DNA of 64,000 nucleotides from Bacteriovoracia bacterium (GTDB lineage: Bacteria; Bdellovibrionota; UBA1018; JBFWNL01): contig JBFWNL010000001.1 in the NCBI GenBank assembly GCA_050251055.1, forward strand, positions 523,825 through 587,824, written 5' to 3'. Below the pieces are notes generated by a model. It worked only from the letters and a program-made list of their open reading frames with translations. It was not told the DNA's origin and made no database searches. Each line of letters opens with the position of its first letter. Position 1 is the stretch's first letter. Made by a program: the position numbers and the translations under genes. Positions 31,732 to 41,982 of the stretch are shown one piece after another.

Positions 31732-32907
31732 TTACGCGCGCTCCACGCAGATCGCGGTAGCTTCGCCGCCGCCGATGCAGATTCCGGCCACGCCCCGCTT
31801 ACCGCCCGTATCCTTCAGGGCCGAAGCGAGCGTCATTACGATGCGCGCGCCACTCGCGCCGATGGGATGACCGATGGAAATAGCGCCGCCCCACACGTTG
31901 AGCTTGCTCATAGGAATCTTCAGCTCCCGCTGCGCGGCCAAGGCCACCACCGCGAAAGCTTCGTTCACCTCAAAGAGATCGACCGATCCGGCTTCCCAAC
32001 CCGCTTTTTTCAGGGCCGCATTCATCGCTCCCGCCGGAGCGGTCGTGAACCATTCGGGTTTCTGCGCATGCGTGCCATAAGAAGTCAGACGCGCGATCGG
32101 GGCCAATCCCATTGTCTTGGCTTTGCTTTCGCTCATGAGTACCACGGCGCACGCGCCGTCATTTAAAGTCGACGCGTTCGCGGCGGTCACGGTGCCGTTT
32201 TTATCGAAAACGGGTTTCAATCCCGGAATTTTATCGAAATTTACCTTCGCGGGCCCCTCGTCCTCCGAAACCGTCACGTCACCTTTCTTGCCCGCGATGG
32301 TCACCGGCGTGATCTCGCCCGCGAACTTTCCCGCCTTCTGCGCGGCCTGCGCCCGCTTGAAACTTTCGATGGCAAAGGCATCCTGTTCCTCGCGCGAGAA
32401 CTTCATCTCGCGCGCGCACAGCTCGCCACAATTGCCCATGTGTTGGTTGTTATAAGGATCCCAAAGGCCGTCGTGCACCATCGAGTCCAAGAAGGGCTGG
32501 TTGCCCATGCGAAGACCCGCGCGGGCGCCTGGTAAAAGATACGGAGCCATCGTCATGTTTTCCATGCCGCCCGCGACGACAATTTCGGAATCGCCCGTTT
32601 GGATGGACTGCATGCCCAGCATGATTGCCTTCATGCCGCTGCCACAAACTTTATTGATGGTGAGGCAAGGCACGGAAACCGGAAGCCCGGCGTGAATCGC
32701 GGCCTGTCGCGCCGGGGCTTGGCCTTCACCGGCGGTGAGAACGTTGCCCATGATCACTTCCGAAACCTGATCGGGCTTTACCTGGGCGCGCGCGAGCGCC
32801 ACGCGGATCGCCTCCGCGCCCAAGCGTGGAGCGGGCAGCCCGCTGAAAGCGCCTTGAAAGCTACCGAACGGTGTACGGGCCATGCCGACGATGACTACCT
32901 TTTCCAT
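31732..32907 (-). CDS. atoB: Acetyl-CoA C-acetyltransferase (thiolase)
   Basis: INKVCGSG, NEAFA, GHPIGASG, CIGGG. Confidence 0.93.
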   Translation of the reverse strand: MEKVVIVGMARTPFGSFQGAFSGLPAPRLGAEAIRVALARAQVKPDQVSEVIMGNVLTAGEGQAPARQAAIHAGLPVSVPCLTINKVCGSGMKAIMLGMQSIQTGDSEIVVAGGMENMTMAPYLLPGARAGLRMGNQPFLDSMVHDGLWDPYNNQHMGNCGELCAREMKFSREEQDAFAIESFKRAQAAQKAGKFAGEITPVTIAGKKGDVTVSEDEGPAKVNFDKIPGLKPVFDKNGTVTAANASTLNDGACAVVLMSESKAKTMGLAPIARLTSYGTHAQKPEWFTTAPAGAMNAALKKAGWEAGSVDLFEVNEAFAVVALAAQRELKIPMSKLNVWGGAISIGHPIGASGARIVMTLASALKDTGGKRGVAGICIGGGEATAICVERA

Positions 32908-33011
32908 AAATTATCCTCCCAACCATTGGCCAAGCCTTGGTCAAAAAACGGTGTCTGGCGGTTGTATCGTAAACCGCCGGAGCTGGGAAGGTCGGACTAG
33001 GGTTTGCGGGT

Positions 33012-33569
33012 GTGTCGCGAGTACCCTACCCGGCATTGCCAATTGGCGCGAACTTCTCTAAAATTGAAGAGGTGCACGCAAAAACCGACCCGGCGCGGCT
33101 CAAAGCCCTCGCGCTCTTCCTGATTGCCATCGTCGCCCCGGTCAGCTTTCTGAGCGGGCAACCCACCGTCCAGCATGAGCGTCTGCGTTTTCGAAACACC
33201 TTCAAAAGTCCGGAAGAAGTTGTCGGATATTACTGCGCGCGCGACGCTTCCGGTTTCGTCTGGTCGGGGCTCCTCGATATCGAGCGAAAGGCTTTTACGA
33301 CCTGGAAACAGGTTCCCCAGTTTGATTCCTTCTATATTGCTAAGACCTACACGGTAATGCCCGCGAAGCTCGAAGCGGGTTTCGCCAAAGTCCGAGTGAA
33401 GTATGACCTCGTCGGAATGGGAGATGCGCATGGCACCCGAAGCCCTGCCGCTCGCCCGAGCCACGAGGTGACCTTCAACCTTACCCGCACGGATGGCGCA
33501 TGGAAAATCGCCAAGCCAGAACCTTCGGACATCGCTCCGGTGGTCATGGAATCTAAGTTTAATCCTTAA
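33012..33569 (+). CDS. Hypothetical membrane-anchored/exported protein, possibly NTF2-like fold; start uncertain (GTG at 33072 possible)
   Basis: One hydrophobic helix; C-terminal VTFNLTRTDGAWKI pattern. Confidence 0.6.
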   Translation: MSRVPYPALPIGANFSKIEEVHAKTDPARLKALALFLIAIVAPVSFLSGQPTVQHERLRFRNTFKSPEEVVGYYCARDASGFVWSGLLDIERKAFTTWKQVPQFDSFYIAKTYTVMPAKLEAGFAKVRVKYDLVGMGDAHGTRSPAARPSHEVTFNLTRTDGAWKIAKPEPSDIAPVVMESKFNP

Positions 33570-33674
33570 TTTTATTAGACAATCTCCTCCCTGTCTTATC
33601 TGTTGATCCCAGAGGTCAAATATGATTTATACACTGCGTCATTAGCTAGACTTACAGAGGAGTTCCGGAAATAA

Positions 33675-36665
33675 ATGCTGGTCTTCAAAGTGGGCCGTGC
33701 CGCGGTCTTAACTTCCCTGCTCTTTGCGTTCGCGCCCTCGGCTTGGAGCGCCTATCGATGTACACCGAATGACCCTCGCGATTGCCGCAAACTCAACGAA
33801 GACATGACCCAGTTCTGGAAGGATGACCCGAACAAACGGGATCAGCGCACTTCGCCCCAACTCAATGACGCCGTTGGAATTCTTCAACAACACGGGATCG
33901 AAATCTACTGGTCCTATACCGAGGCCGTGAGCCGGCAAAATCCCAACTCCATGCGAGAATTCGCTTTCCAGGAATGGATCCGAAACTTCCAAGGGGGCAT
34001 GCCCTGGCTGCCCCTATCCTGGGGTTACGGAAACTATCCACTCTACCACTATACCAGCTACATGCCGACCTTCGAGCAGGCGCTACGCAGCTTCCGGTTT
34101 CCCCTCAGCGACGAAAATCTCCTGATTACTTATCTTTTCACAACGAACACCGTGCACGCGACCAGCCACAATTATGCGATTCAGGTACGCGAGCTCGCCA
34201 AGACGATCTTGAATTACGACAGCGGATTCGGCGAACTGCGCCTGGAAGTACACGAGGCCCCTTCCGCGCTCACAATTCGTAAAATCGACGATTACCTCAA
34301 GAACGTCCGCAACGGGCAAGTACGCGACATGATCCTCGAGCTTCGTAAACAGCTCGAAACCCTCTTCGGCGGCGGCGACGTCGACGCATTCTTGGGCGTT
34401 TACAGTGTCACGAACGAGGTTTCCTCCCTGTTCTCGCGCTACCGCAAGGAAATCGAGGCGGTAAAGGCCGCCACCAGCGCCGATCGAGTGGCGAAGCTCC
34501 TCCAATCGGGAAGCTCGGTCGCGGTGCTGCGGGACCTCTCCGAAATGATCTTGAAAACGTCGGCGAAGCTCCGCGCGGGGATCACCGGGTGCCAGTTCTC
34601 CAATCAGATCGACTGCACCTTCGAATACGTCGACCTACTCAGCCAGCTGAACAACACCGTTTTCTCGCTCAGTAACCAACTCATTGGCCGCTTACGGGAA
34701 TTCCAGACGGAGATCTCCGTCCGCGATTTTCTCGAAATCTCTCTCTCCCTCGCGCGCGTCAGCCAAGGCTTAGGATTCAGCGGACCCGACTTCGCCAAGG
34801 ATATCGAAGCCCGTTTGCAGCAGAAGCAAACCTACCACCAGGCCACCCTGTTAACCCTCATGTCCGATATGGAAAAATCCATTCAAGGGATCATCGCCGA
34901 CTTCCGCGGGCAATTCATGCCGCTCATCGCGAAGTATAAGGCGTTCACCGGGGTCGCCGAAATGTACGTGGACGACTCCTTACGCAGCTCCTCCGTCCTG
35001 CCGCTGGCCAATCTCGTATCGGTGATGAAACGCGCCGCACTCGCCAAAAGCGGGCTGACCATCTTCATCGACGATCAACCTTCGCAAAAAACCTTCCAGG
35101 TTCTCAACCCCGGCATCGCGCACGGACCGCTCATCATACCCACTCCCGAAGCCATGAACGCGCCCGGCTTCGAATGGAATCCGGAAGGGATCTACATCCT
35201 GGCGAAAACCCCCGGATCCATCGAAAAAGTCGCAGGTATTCTTACCGGGGACGCGGGGAGCATGATCTCTCACGTCCAGCTCTTGGCCAGCAACGCGGGT
35301 CTCCCCAACGTGTTCATCGCGCCAACGATCATCGAGGGGCTACGGCGCTGGGAAGGCCAGGACGTCCTGCTCATCACCCTGCCGAATGGCGAAGCCCAGA
35401 TCAAACCCTGGAAGAAAGCCACCGCCGCCGAACTAGCCGCGTACAACGAATACTACAAGGTGAAGACCAATAAGCGCATGCGCATCCCCGTGCCGGAAAA
35501 TCTGCGCAATCACGCCTACCCCATCCGGCTCGAGGACCTTCGCATGGTCGACGCGGGCAAGATCGCGGGCGGTAAAGCGACTGGCCAAGCGGAAGTGTCC
35601 TCTATCTCCGGACTGAATGAAATCGTGCCCCGCGGGTTCGTGTTGCCGTTCGGCGTGTATTTCGAGCACATGCAAGACAGCGGAGTTTACGACTTCATCA
35701 AGCAAAAGCTCGCGGACCCGAAGCTCGCCGGCGAGGGCAAGGAAACCACGGAAGCCCGCAAGGCCGCGCTCGCGCAGATTCGCGAGCGAATCGCGATGAT
35801 CGAGCTAAAACCCGAAATCCTGGCCACCATTTTTGAGACCCTAATGAACGCGCCCTACTCGAACGAGGGCCAACAGCTGGGGGTCTTCGTCCGCAGTGAC
35901 ACGAACGCCGAGGACCTGCCCGGCTTCGTCGGCGCCGGCCTCAACCAAACCATCGGCAATGTCACCACCCCGGCGAACGTCGCACAAGCGATCAAAACCG
36001 TTTGGGCGTCGCCCTTCCGCGAGCGTGCTTTCACCTGGCGTCAGGACCTGCTCGAAAATCCGTGGGACGTGCTCCCGTCGGTCGTGGTTCAAATCGGCGT
36101 CGAAGCCGATAAGGCGGGGGTGATGATCGTCGGCAATCCCACCGTAACGGATGACATCGAAGACACCGTCTACATCGCGGCTAACGAAGGCCTGGGCTTC
36201 ACCACCGTGGGCGGCGAGTTTTCCGCCGAAGAGCTCACCATCTCGCGCAAGAAAGATTATGAATACCGCCGCCACAAGCGTGCTTACGCACTAACGAAGT
36301 ACATCTTCCGCAAGGACGGCGCCTTCGATCCAAACGACGTCGAAAAGCAATTCCTCTCCGCGGTGCCGGTCACTGGCTTAAGCCCGGTGGTTACTCCGGA
36401 AGAAGCTAAGGAACTGGCACGCATCGGCGACGCCATTCAAAAGCATATTCACCAGAACTACGGCATCCTGGGCAAATGGGACCTCGAGTGGTGCATCAAG
36501 GACGGCAAAGTGGTGATCGTCCAGCTACGCGCCTTCAACGGCAACAAGCTCATCCGAGACACCTCTTCCCTAGGCAAACTGCAGAAGAGCGTGGTGAAGC
36601 AGGATTTCGACGTCGGCCACGACGAACGCGCCTTCGCCGTCGGCGAAGCCGAAGCCGAAAAATAA
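33675..36665 (+). CDS. Exported PEP/pyruvate-binding (dikinase-like) protein
   Basis: Signal peptide (AWSA-Y); phospho-His swivel motif GILT...ISHVQLLA..G.PN; ATP-grasp motifs GGKA, PRGFVLPF, VRSDTNAEDLPGFVGAGLN, DLEW, VQLR. Confidence 0.85.
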   Translation: MLVFKVGRAAVLTSLLFAFAPSAWSAYRCTPNDPRDCRKLNEDMTQFWKDDPNKRDQRTSPQLNDAVGILQQHGIEIYWSYTEAVSRQNPNSMREFAFQEWIRNFQGGMPWLPLSWGYGNYPLYHYTSYMPTFEQALRSFRFPLSDENLLITYLFTTNTVHATSHNYAIQVRELAKTILNYDSGFGELRLEVHEAPSALTIRKIDDYLKNVRNGQVRDMILELRKQLETLFGGGDVDAFLGVYSVTNEVSSLFSRYRKEIEAVKAATSADRVAKLLQSGSSVAVLRDLSEMILKTSAKLRAGITGCQFSNQIDCTFEYVDLLSQLNNTVFSLSNQLIGRLREFQTEISVRDFLEISLSLARVSQGLGFSGPDFAKDIEARLQQKQTYHQATLLTLMSDMEKSIQGIIADFRGQFMPLIAKYKAFTGVAEMYVDDSLRSSSVLPLANLVSVMKRAALAKSGLTIFIDDQPSQKTFQVLNPGIAHGPLIIPTPEAMNAPGFEWNPEGIYILAKTPGSIEKVAGILTGDAGSMISHVQLLASNAGLPNVFIAPTIIEGLRRWEGQDVLLITLPNGEAQIKPWKKATAAELAAYNEYYKVKTNKRMRIPVPENLRNHAYPIRLEDLRMVDAGKIAGGKATGQAEVSSISGLNEIVPRGFVLPFGVYFEHMQDSGVYDFIKQKLADPKLAGEGKETTEARKAALAQIRERIAMIELKPEILATIFETLMNAPYSNEGQQLGVFVRSDTNAEDLPGFVGAGLNQTIGNVTTPANVAQAIKTVWASPFRERAFTWRQDLLENPWDVLPSVVVQIGVEADKAGVMIVGNPTVTDDIEDTVYIAANEGLGFTTVGGEFSAEELTISRKKDYEYRRHKRAYALTKYIFRKDGAFDPNDVEKQFLSAVPVTGLSPVVTPEEAKELARIGDAIQKHIHQNYGILGKWDLEWCIKDGKVVIVQLRAFNGNKLIRDTSSLGKLQKSVVKQDFDVGHDERAFAVGEAEAEK

Positions 36666-36680
36666 CCCCGCCGCAGGACC

Positions 36681-37295
36681 TCAGTGAACCTTCTTCTTGC
36701 CGGCCGGCGTTCCCGTGACGAACTTCGCCTCGGTTTCCGCCTGCTCGTCGTTGAGCGTATCCTGATAGTCTGGGTCGTTTTTCGCCAACCAGTCGTCCGT
36801 CATCTGATCGAGCTTCAAGTTGGACTTATCCATGCGTAGATAGACCTTGCGCTTGCCGGCATCGACGGCCGTCCACTCGTACGGAACGTTACCCAGGGCC
36901 TCGAAGTCCGCCTCCGACACCCGCCCGAAGTGATCTTCGGGCTTCTGGGGATCCAGCAGGTCGGAGTAATAGGCCCCGAGCGCATCGACGTTCAGACCCA
37001 GCAACGTTTCCGCGGTGGGCGAGCTCGCCTGGGGATCGAAATCGGAGCTCGCGTGCAACGTAATCGCGGACATCCGGCCTTCGAATTTCAGGGAAAGCGC
37101 GAGCAGGATCTCGTCTTGGTAAATGCGCCCATCGGCGACAAACCCCACCTGTCCGGCGCCTCCTAAACGGCTCAATCCCTCCGCGAAATTGGCCCCAAAG
37201 ACCTCGACCACCATCTTCAAGTAATCCAAGGGCAGTTCCACGCCCTGGCGCTGAGTTAGGGTAGCGGACGGAGGCAACGGCTTGCGCTTTTCCAT
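36681..37295 (-). CDS. Hypothetical protein
   Basis: 204-aa ORF coupled to htrA via a TAATG overlap. Confidence 0.75.
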   Translation of the reverse strand: MEKRKPLPPSATLTQRQGVELPLDYLKMVVEVFGANFAEGLSRLGGAGQVGFVADGRIYQDEILLALSLKFEGRMSAITLHASSDFDPQASSPTAETLLGLNVDALGAYYSDLLDPQKPEDHFGRVSEADFEALGNVPYEWTAVDAGKRKVYLRMDKSNLKLDQMTDDWLAKNDPDYQDTLNDEQAETEAKFVTGTPAGKKKVH

Positions 37296-38398
37296 TAAAT
37301 AATTCCTTCCTTCAAGTGATCGAGATCAGGTGGGAGTTCCTCGAGTGAAATCTTCAGCGTGATTTGCTTCGAGCCCCGTTGCAACTTTACGGAAACCGAT
37401 TCCTTCGGCTTAAGCTTCAAGAGGGCGCGCTCGACTTCAAGCGGCTCGGTCGTCGCCACCCCACCCACGTCGATCAAAATATCTCCCTGCTTAATGCCTG
37501 CCCGCTGCGCGGGGGCCCCCCGCACCAGGTTATAAATCAAAACTCCTTCGCCGCGCGCGAGCCCGTAATAGTCCCGGAGCTGCGGCGTCACGCGCTCCGA
37601 GAGGATACCTAGCCACGGACGCGGCACGCGCCCGTATTTCTTCAAATCCCCCATGACCGCGGTCGCTTCATTCACCGGAATGGCAAATCCCAAGCCGCCG
37701 CTCTGTCCCGTCCGCGAAAAAATCAGGGTGTTGATTCCGATCACTTCGCCCTTCAGATTAAAAAGGGGCCCACCGGAATTACCGGGATTGATCGAGGCGT
37801 CCGTCTGCAAGAAATTATCGAGGGGCCCCAAGCCGATCGTACGGTTCTTCGCGCTGATGATCCCCATAGTGACGGTGTTCTGGAGTCCAAAGGGATTTCC
37901 GATCGCGACCACGGGCTGGGCAATGCGGACTTTTTCGGAATCACCGATTTTGACCGGAGTAATGGTGAGCGGCGACAGCACCTGCAAAAGCGCGAGATCT
38001 AGCTTCGGATCGCGACCGACGATGCGCGCGCGAAGCTGCTTCTTATCCTTGAAGCTGACGAAGACTTCCGAGGCGTTTTCAACCACATGATTGTTAGTGA
38101 GGATGTAGCCTGCGGTATCCACGAGAAAACCCGAACCGAGCGAGGTGTTCTTGCGCTCTCGCGGCATGCCCCAACCACGCAGAAACTCATCCCAGCCAAA
38201 TACGGTGATATTTTGCACGGTGACCGCGCTGACGTTCGCGACGGCGGGCTCGATCTTCTCCACCAGGTCCGGCAGGTCTTCGGATTGCGCTGGCGTCAGG
38301 GCGGGAAACGCGGCGTGCGCACGCGGCAGAACGACGGCAAATAAGCCTGCCCAGAGTACCGCGCGGCGAAAACCGGATTTAGTAAATATCCCCGTCAT
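37295..38398 (-). CDS. htrA: HtrA/DegP-family serine protease with one PDZ domain
   Basis: Signal peptide from MTGIF (AHA-A); TNNHVV, DLA, INPGNSGGPL; PDZ WLGI. Confidence 0.93.
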   Translation of the reverse strand: MTGIFTKSGFRRAVLWAGLFAVVLPRAHAAFPALTPAQSEDLPDLVEKIEPAVANVSAVTVQNITVFGWDEFLRGWGMPRERKNTSLGSGFLVDTAGYILTNNHVVENASEVFVSFKDKKQLRARIVGRDPKLDLALLQVLSPLTITPVKIGDSEKVRIAQPVVAIGNPFGLQNTVTMGIISAKNRTIGLGPLDNFLQTDASINPGNSGGPLFNLKGEVIGINTLIFSRTGQSGGLGFAIPVNEATAVMGDLKKYGRVPRPWLGILSERVTPQLRDYYGLARGEGVLIYNLVRGAPAQRAGIKQGDILIDVGGVATTEPLEVERALLKLKPKESVSVKLQRGSKQITLKISLEELPPDLDHLKEGII

Positions 38399-38981
38399 CG
38401 TCGACGTCGCGGCGAATGCTATCGATGAGGTTATCGACGTTCTCCATATCCCGCTCAAAATCCTCGATGCTCTCATCCAGCTCGAGATCGGAGACGACCT
38501 TGCTGAACTCGCGGTCACCGGCCAAATCCTGGCGGATGGCTTCGATGTATTTATCCGGATACTTCGCGACCAGCTCTTCGATGTAACGATTCAGCTTACC
38601 CTCTTTGAGGATGAGTTCTTTGCGTTTGATCTTCTTCCAGTTTTTCACGTAGTGCAGACGGCAATAGCCACCGGAGGTAGCTAGGCCCTCGCACGCGACT
38701 TCGCGACAGATATCCGTGTCGACCTTCGACTTGCCCGCCATCATCGGCGTACCCTTTGCGGCCTTTTCTTTCACGGCGATGAAATCGGATTGAAGCGCGG
38801 TGACGGGAAGACCAGTTCCCTTCTTGGTCTTCTTGGGGGCTTCCGCTTTCGCTTCGGGTTTGGAAGCGGGTTTCTTCTTCGCGGCAAGAGATGCGGCCAG
38901 GGCCTTCACCTTGCCCGAGAGCGTCTTGGGTTTCCCTTTGGGGGCTTTGTGCTTGGACTTTTTCGCTTTATTATCAGCCAT
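38379..38981 (-). CDS. Hypothetical protein, Lys-rich N-terminus, CCCH-type motif, acidic tail
   Basis: C-x4-C-x9-C-x2-H (CREVACEGLATSGGYCRLH). Confidence 0.75.
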   Translation of the reverse strand: MADNKAKKSKHKAPKGKPKTLSGKVKALAASLAAKKKPASKPEAKAEAPKKTKKGTGLPVTALQSDFIAVKEKAAKGTPMMAGKSKVDTDICREVACEGLATSGGYCRLHYVKNWKKIKRKELILKEGKLNRYIEELVAKYPDKYIEAIRQDLAGDREFSKVVSDLELDESIEDFERDMENVDNLIDSIRRDVDDDGDIY

Positions 38982-39080
38982 CTATAAACTCGAGTTGCCA
39001 CGCGCAGCTACTGGCGTCAAGCGCTTTAGTGTTGACGTGGCTTATAAACCCCTATAATGTCCGACCACTCAGGTGCAACA

Positions 39081-39668
39081 ATGAAGGTTTTTCTACGTGA
39101 AATTAGAGATGTAGACACCGAGCTCGCCTTCACACAAGACGTAGCATGGGTTTTAGAAGCCGTCGCGCGCGCGGACGAGTCTTCCGAGTTGCCAGGAGTG
39201 GGCGACGCTGCCGACTTACGTCCGGCCGACCGTTCTGGAGCTCCATACAAGCTCCGCCCGATCGACAGCCACTTCACCCTCCGAAAAATCGAGGACATCT
39301 ACCAGGTCGAAGGCCGCGCGACCACCAGCTTGAACCTGCTTTGCTCCCGCTGCGCCAAGGGCTACACCCACCCCTGCCAGACCGACTTTTCCGCTTATTA
39401 TTCCCGCAACCCCAAGGTCGCGGACGCCGAGTTAGGCAAAGATGACTTGGAAATCAACTTCTTATCCGAAGATTTCATTGACTTGAAAGAGGTTCTGGCG
39501 GAACAAATCCAGCTCCAGGTCCCCTTCCAACCGCTGTGTAAGGAAAGCTGCAAGGGCATGTGCCATCACTGCGGAACGGACCTGAACGCCGGACGGTGCG
39601 CTTGCGAGAAGCTGGTGCAGAACAATCCGTTTTCGGTTTTGAAAGATTTAGTGAAGAGAGTGAATTAA
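39081..39668 (+). CDS. yceD: YceD/DUF177 family protein
   Basis: CSRC, PLCKESCKGMCHHCG.DLN...C.C, NPFSVLK; immediately upstream of rpmF. Confidence 0.9.
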   Translation: MKVFLREIRDVDTELAFTQDVAWVLEAVARADESSELPGVGDAADLRPADRSGAPYKLRPIDSHFTLRKIEDIYQVEGRATTSLNLLCSRCAKGYTHPCQTDFSAYYSRNPKVADAELGKDDLEINFLSEDFIDLKEVLAEQIQLQVPFQPLCKESCKGMCHHCGTDLNAGRCACEKLVQNNPFSVLKDLVKRVN

Positions 39669-39677
39669 GGAGAAGCA

Positions 39678-39869
39678 ATGGCAACCCCTAAGAAAAAAGT
39701 ATCCCGTGGACGCCGTGACCGCCGCCGTTACGCCAGCGGAAATCGTTTGGCCAAGCCGACCGTCGTCGTATGCCCGAACTGCAGCGACCAAAAGCGTCCG
39801 CATACGATCTGCGGCTGCGGCTGGTACGCTGGGAAAGCCGTCATCAACGTACAGACGGCCCGCGCCTAG
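39678..39869 (+). CDS. rpmF: 50S ribosomal protein L32 (Zn-ribbon type)
   Basis: MATPKKKVSRGRRDRRR...CPNC...PH.IC.CG.Y. Confidence 0.96.
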   Translation: MATPKKKVSRGRRDRRRYASGNRLAKPTVVVCPNCSDQKRPHTICGCGWYAGKAVINVQTARA

Positions 39870-39911
39870 TCCACAACCCCTGATATTACTGGCTCGATCG
39901 GCTCCATCGTA

Positions 39912-40949
39912 ATGACAGGCTCCTCGTCTTTCGCCAGCCCTTACGCCGCCCGCATCACGGGCATGGGCTCCTATTTTCCGAAACGGGTGATGACCAACGA
40001 TGATCTCGCGCGCGATCTTGCCAAGCGCAACCTCGAAACCAGCGACGAATGGATCCGCGAGCGCACCGGCATTGCTAGCCGCCGCGTTTCCGAACCGGGC
40101 AATCCCGCCGAGCACAATTCAACCCTGGGAAAATTCGCGGCGCTGAACGCGCTCGAAATGGCCGGAAAAAAAGTCGAGGACATCGACCAGATCATTTATG
40201 CCACCTGCACGCCCGACACCATCATCCCGTCGACCGCATGCTGGGTCCAGCACAAGCTCGGCGCCAAACGCGCATTTGCTTACGACGTGAATGCGGCTTG
40301 CTCCGGCTTCGTCTACGGGCTGACGCTCGCCGACCAGGCGATCCGCGCGGGCAACGCCAAGACCGTGCTCGTCATTGGCGGTGAAGTACTCACCTCGTTC
40401 TTGAATTGGGATGACCGCACCTCCTGCGTGCTGTTCGGCGATGGCGCCGGCGCAGCCGTGGTCGAACGTGTCGAGGCGTCGAGTCCGAACCGCATCCTGT
40501 CCACGCACCTGGGTTCCGACGGTAGCTTGTGGGAGCTGTTTTACGTAATCTCCGGTGGCTCCAACCAGGAAGTGACGCCGGCCGAGATCGAAAAACGCTC
40601 CAACAAGATGTTCATGAAGGGCAAGGAGATCTTCAAAGTCGCGACCAAGACGTTAGCCGACTATGCGGTCACGGCGCTCGAGGCCCAAGGCATGACCACG
40701 TCGGACCTGACGTGGCTCGTTCCCCACCAGGCGAATCTGCGCATCATTGAAGCGGTGGCGAAACGCCTCGATTTTCCCATGAGCAAAGTGCTCGTGAATA
40801 TAGACCGCTATGGCAACACCTCCGCCGCGACCGTTCCGACGGCGATGGACGAAGCCATCCGTACCGGCAAGATCAAACGCGGCGACACCGTCTTGATGGA
40901 CGTATTCGGGGCGGGCCTCACTTACGGCTCCCTCCTCATGAGATGGTAG
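39912..40949 (+). CDS. fabH: 3-oxoacyl-ACP synthase III
   Basis: AACSGF, FGDGAGA, PHQAN, GNTSAA. Confidence 0.96.
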   Translation: MTGSSSFASPYAARITGMGSYFPKRVMTNDDLARDLAKRNLETSDEWIRERTGIASRRVSEPGNPAEHNSTLGKFAALNALEMAGKKVEDIDQIIYATCTPDTIIPSTACWVQHKLGAKRAFAYDVNAACSGFVYGLTLADQAIRAGNAKTVLVIGGEVLTSFLNWDDRTSCVLFGDGAGAAVVERVEASSPNRILSTHLGSDGSLWELFYVISGGSNQEVTPAEIEKRSNKMFMKGKEIFKVATKTLADYAVTALEAQGMTTSDLTWLVPHQANLRIIEAVAKRLDFPMSKVLVNIDRYGNTSAATVPTAMDEAIRTGKIKRGDTVLMDVFGAGLTYGSLLMRW

Positions 40950-40956
40950 CGACGAG

Positions 40957-41982
40957 GTGATGAGGATGATCGCACTCTTTCCCGGACAAGGCTCGCAGCA
41001 CGTCGGCATGGCCAAGGATCTCTTCGACAACTTTCGATTGGCGCAGGAACTCTTCGAGGAAGCGTCCGACGCCGCGAAGGTAAATCTCAAGAAACTCTGT
41101 TTTGACGGCCCCGAAGCCGACCTCACCGCCACGGAGAACGCGCAGCCCGCGCTCCTACTCGCATCTACCTGCGCTCTGCGCATCGCGGAAAAAGAAACGG
41201 GTTTCCAAGCCACCCTCACGGCCGGCCATTCGCTCGGCGAATACTCGGCGTTGGTCGCCACCGGGGCGATTCCCTTCGCCACCGCCATCCGATGGGTACG
41301 CGAGCGCGGCTTAGCCATGCAAAAGGCCGTCCCGCGCGGCGAAGGTTCGATGACCGCCGTGCTGAATATGGAAGACGCGCTCGTGGAGAAGATGTGCGCG
41401 GAAGCAACCCGGCTTGCCGCCGCCAAACGGCCCTCCAGCGACTACCAGCACTTAAGCGTCGCGCCGCTCGTCGCGCCCGCGAATTTCAATGCTCCCGGGC
41501 AAATCGTGATCTCGGGCTCGGTGGATGCCCTGGCGGAAGCCACCGCGTTGATGAAAACCCCGGAGTTCTCCGGCAAGGCGATCCCGTTGCAAGTGAGCGC
41601 TCCCTTCCACTGCGCGCTCATGAAGCCTTCGCGCGACCGCATGGCGGATGTTTTCGCGAAGACCCCCGATGCTGAGAAACCACACGCGTTGAAGTGCCCA
41701 TACATCCCGAATCGGACGGCGCGCATCACCACCGAGGCGTCCCTCGTGTTGGACTTCTTGGTCGAGCAGATTGACCATCCGGTCCTCTGGAAGCAGTCCA
41801 TGGAGAACCTACTGCAGGCGCACGAAGGCCCGGAATTGAAAGCCGTCGAGTTCGGTCCCGGCAAGGTGCTACAAGGCTTGGCTAAACGCATCGCAAAAAA
41901 CGCGGGTAAGACATTCCAAGTCGAGAGCGTCGGCGACACGGCGGGGATCAAAAACTTGATGGCCCTGGGAGCAAATGCATGA
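40957..41982 (+). CDS. fabD: Malonyl-CoA:ACP transacylase
   Basis: FPGQGSQ, GHSLGEY, VSAPFH, EFGPG. Confidence 0.96.
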   Translation: MMRMIALFPGQGSQHVGMAKDLFDNFRLAQELFEEASDAAKVNLKKLCFDGPEADLTATENAQPALLLASTCALRIAEKETGFQATLTAGHSLGEYSALVATGAIPFATAIRWVRERGLAMQKAVPRGEGSMTAVLNMEDALVEKMCAEATRLAAAKRPSSDYQHLSVAPLVAPANFNAPGQIVISGSVDALAEATALMKTPEFSGKAIPLQVSAPFHCALMKPSRDRMADVFAKTPDAEKPHALKCPYIPNRTARITTEASLVLDFLVEQIDHPVLWKQSMENLLQAHEGPELKAVEFGPGKVLQGLAKRIAKNAGKTFQVESVGDTAGIKNLMALGANA

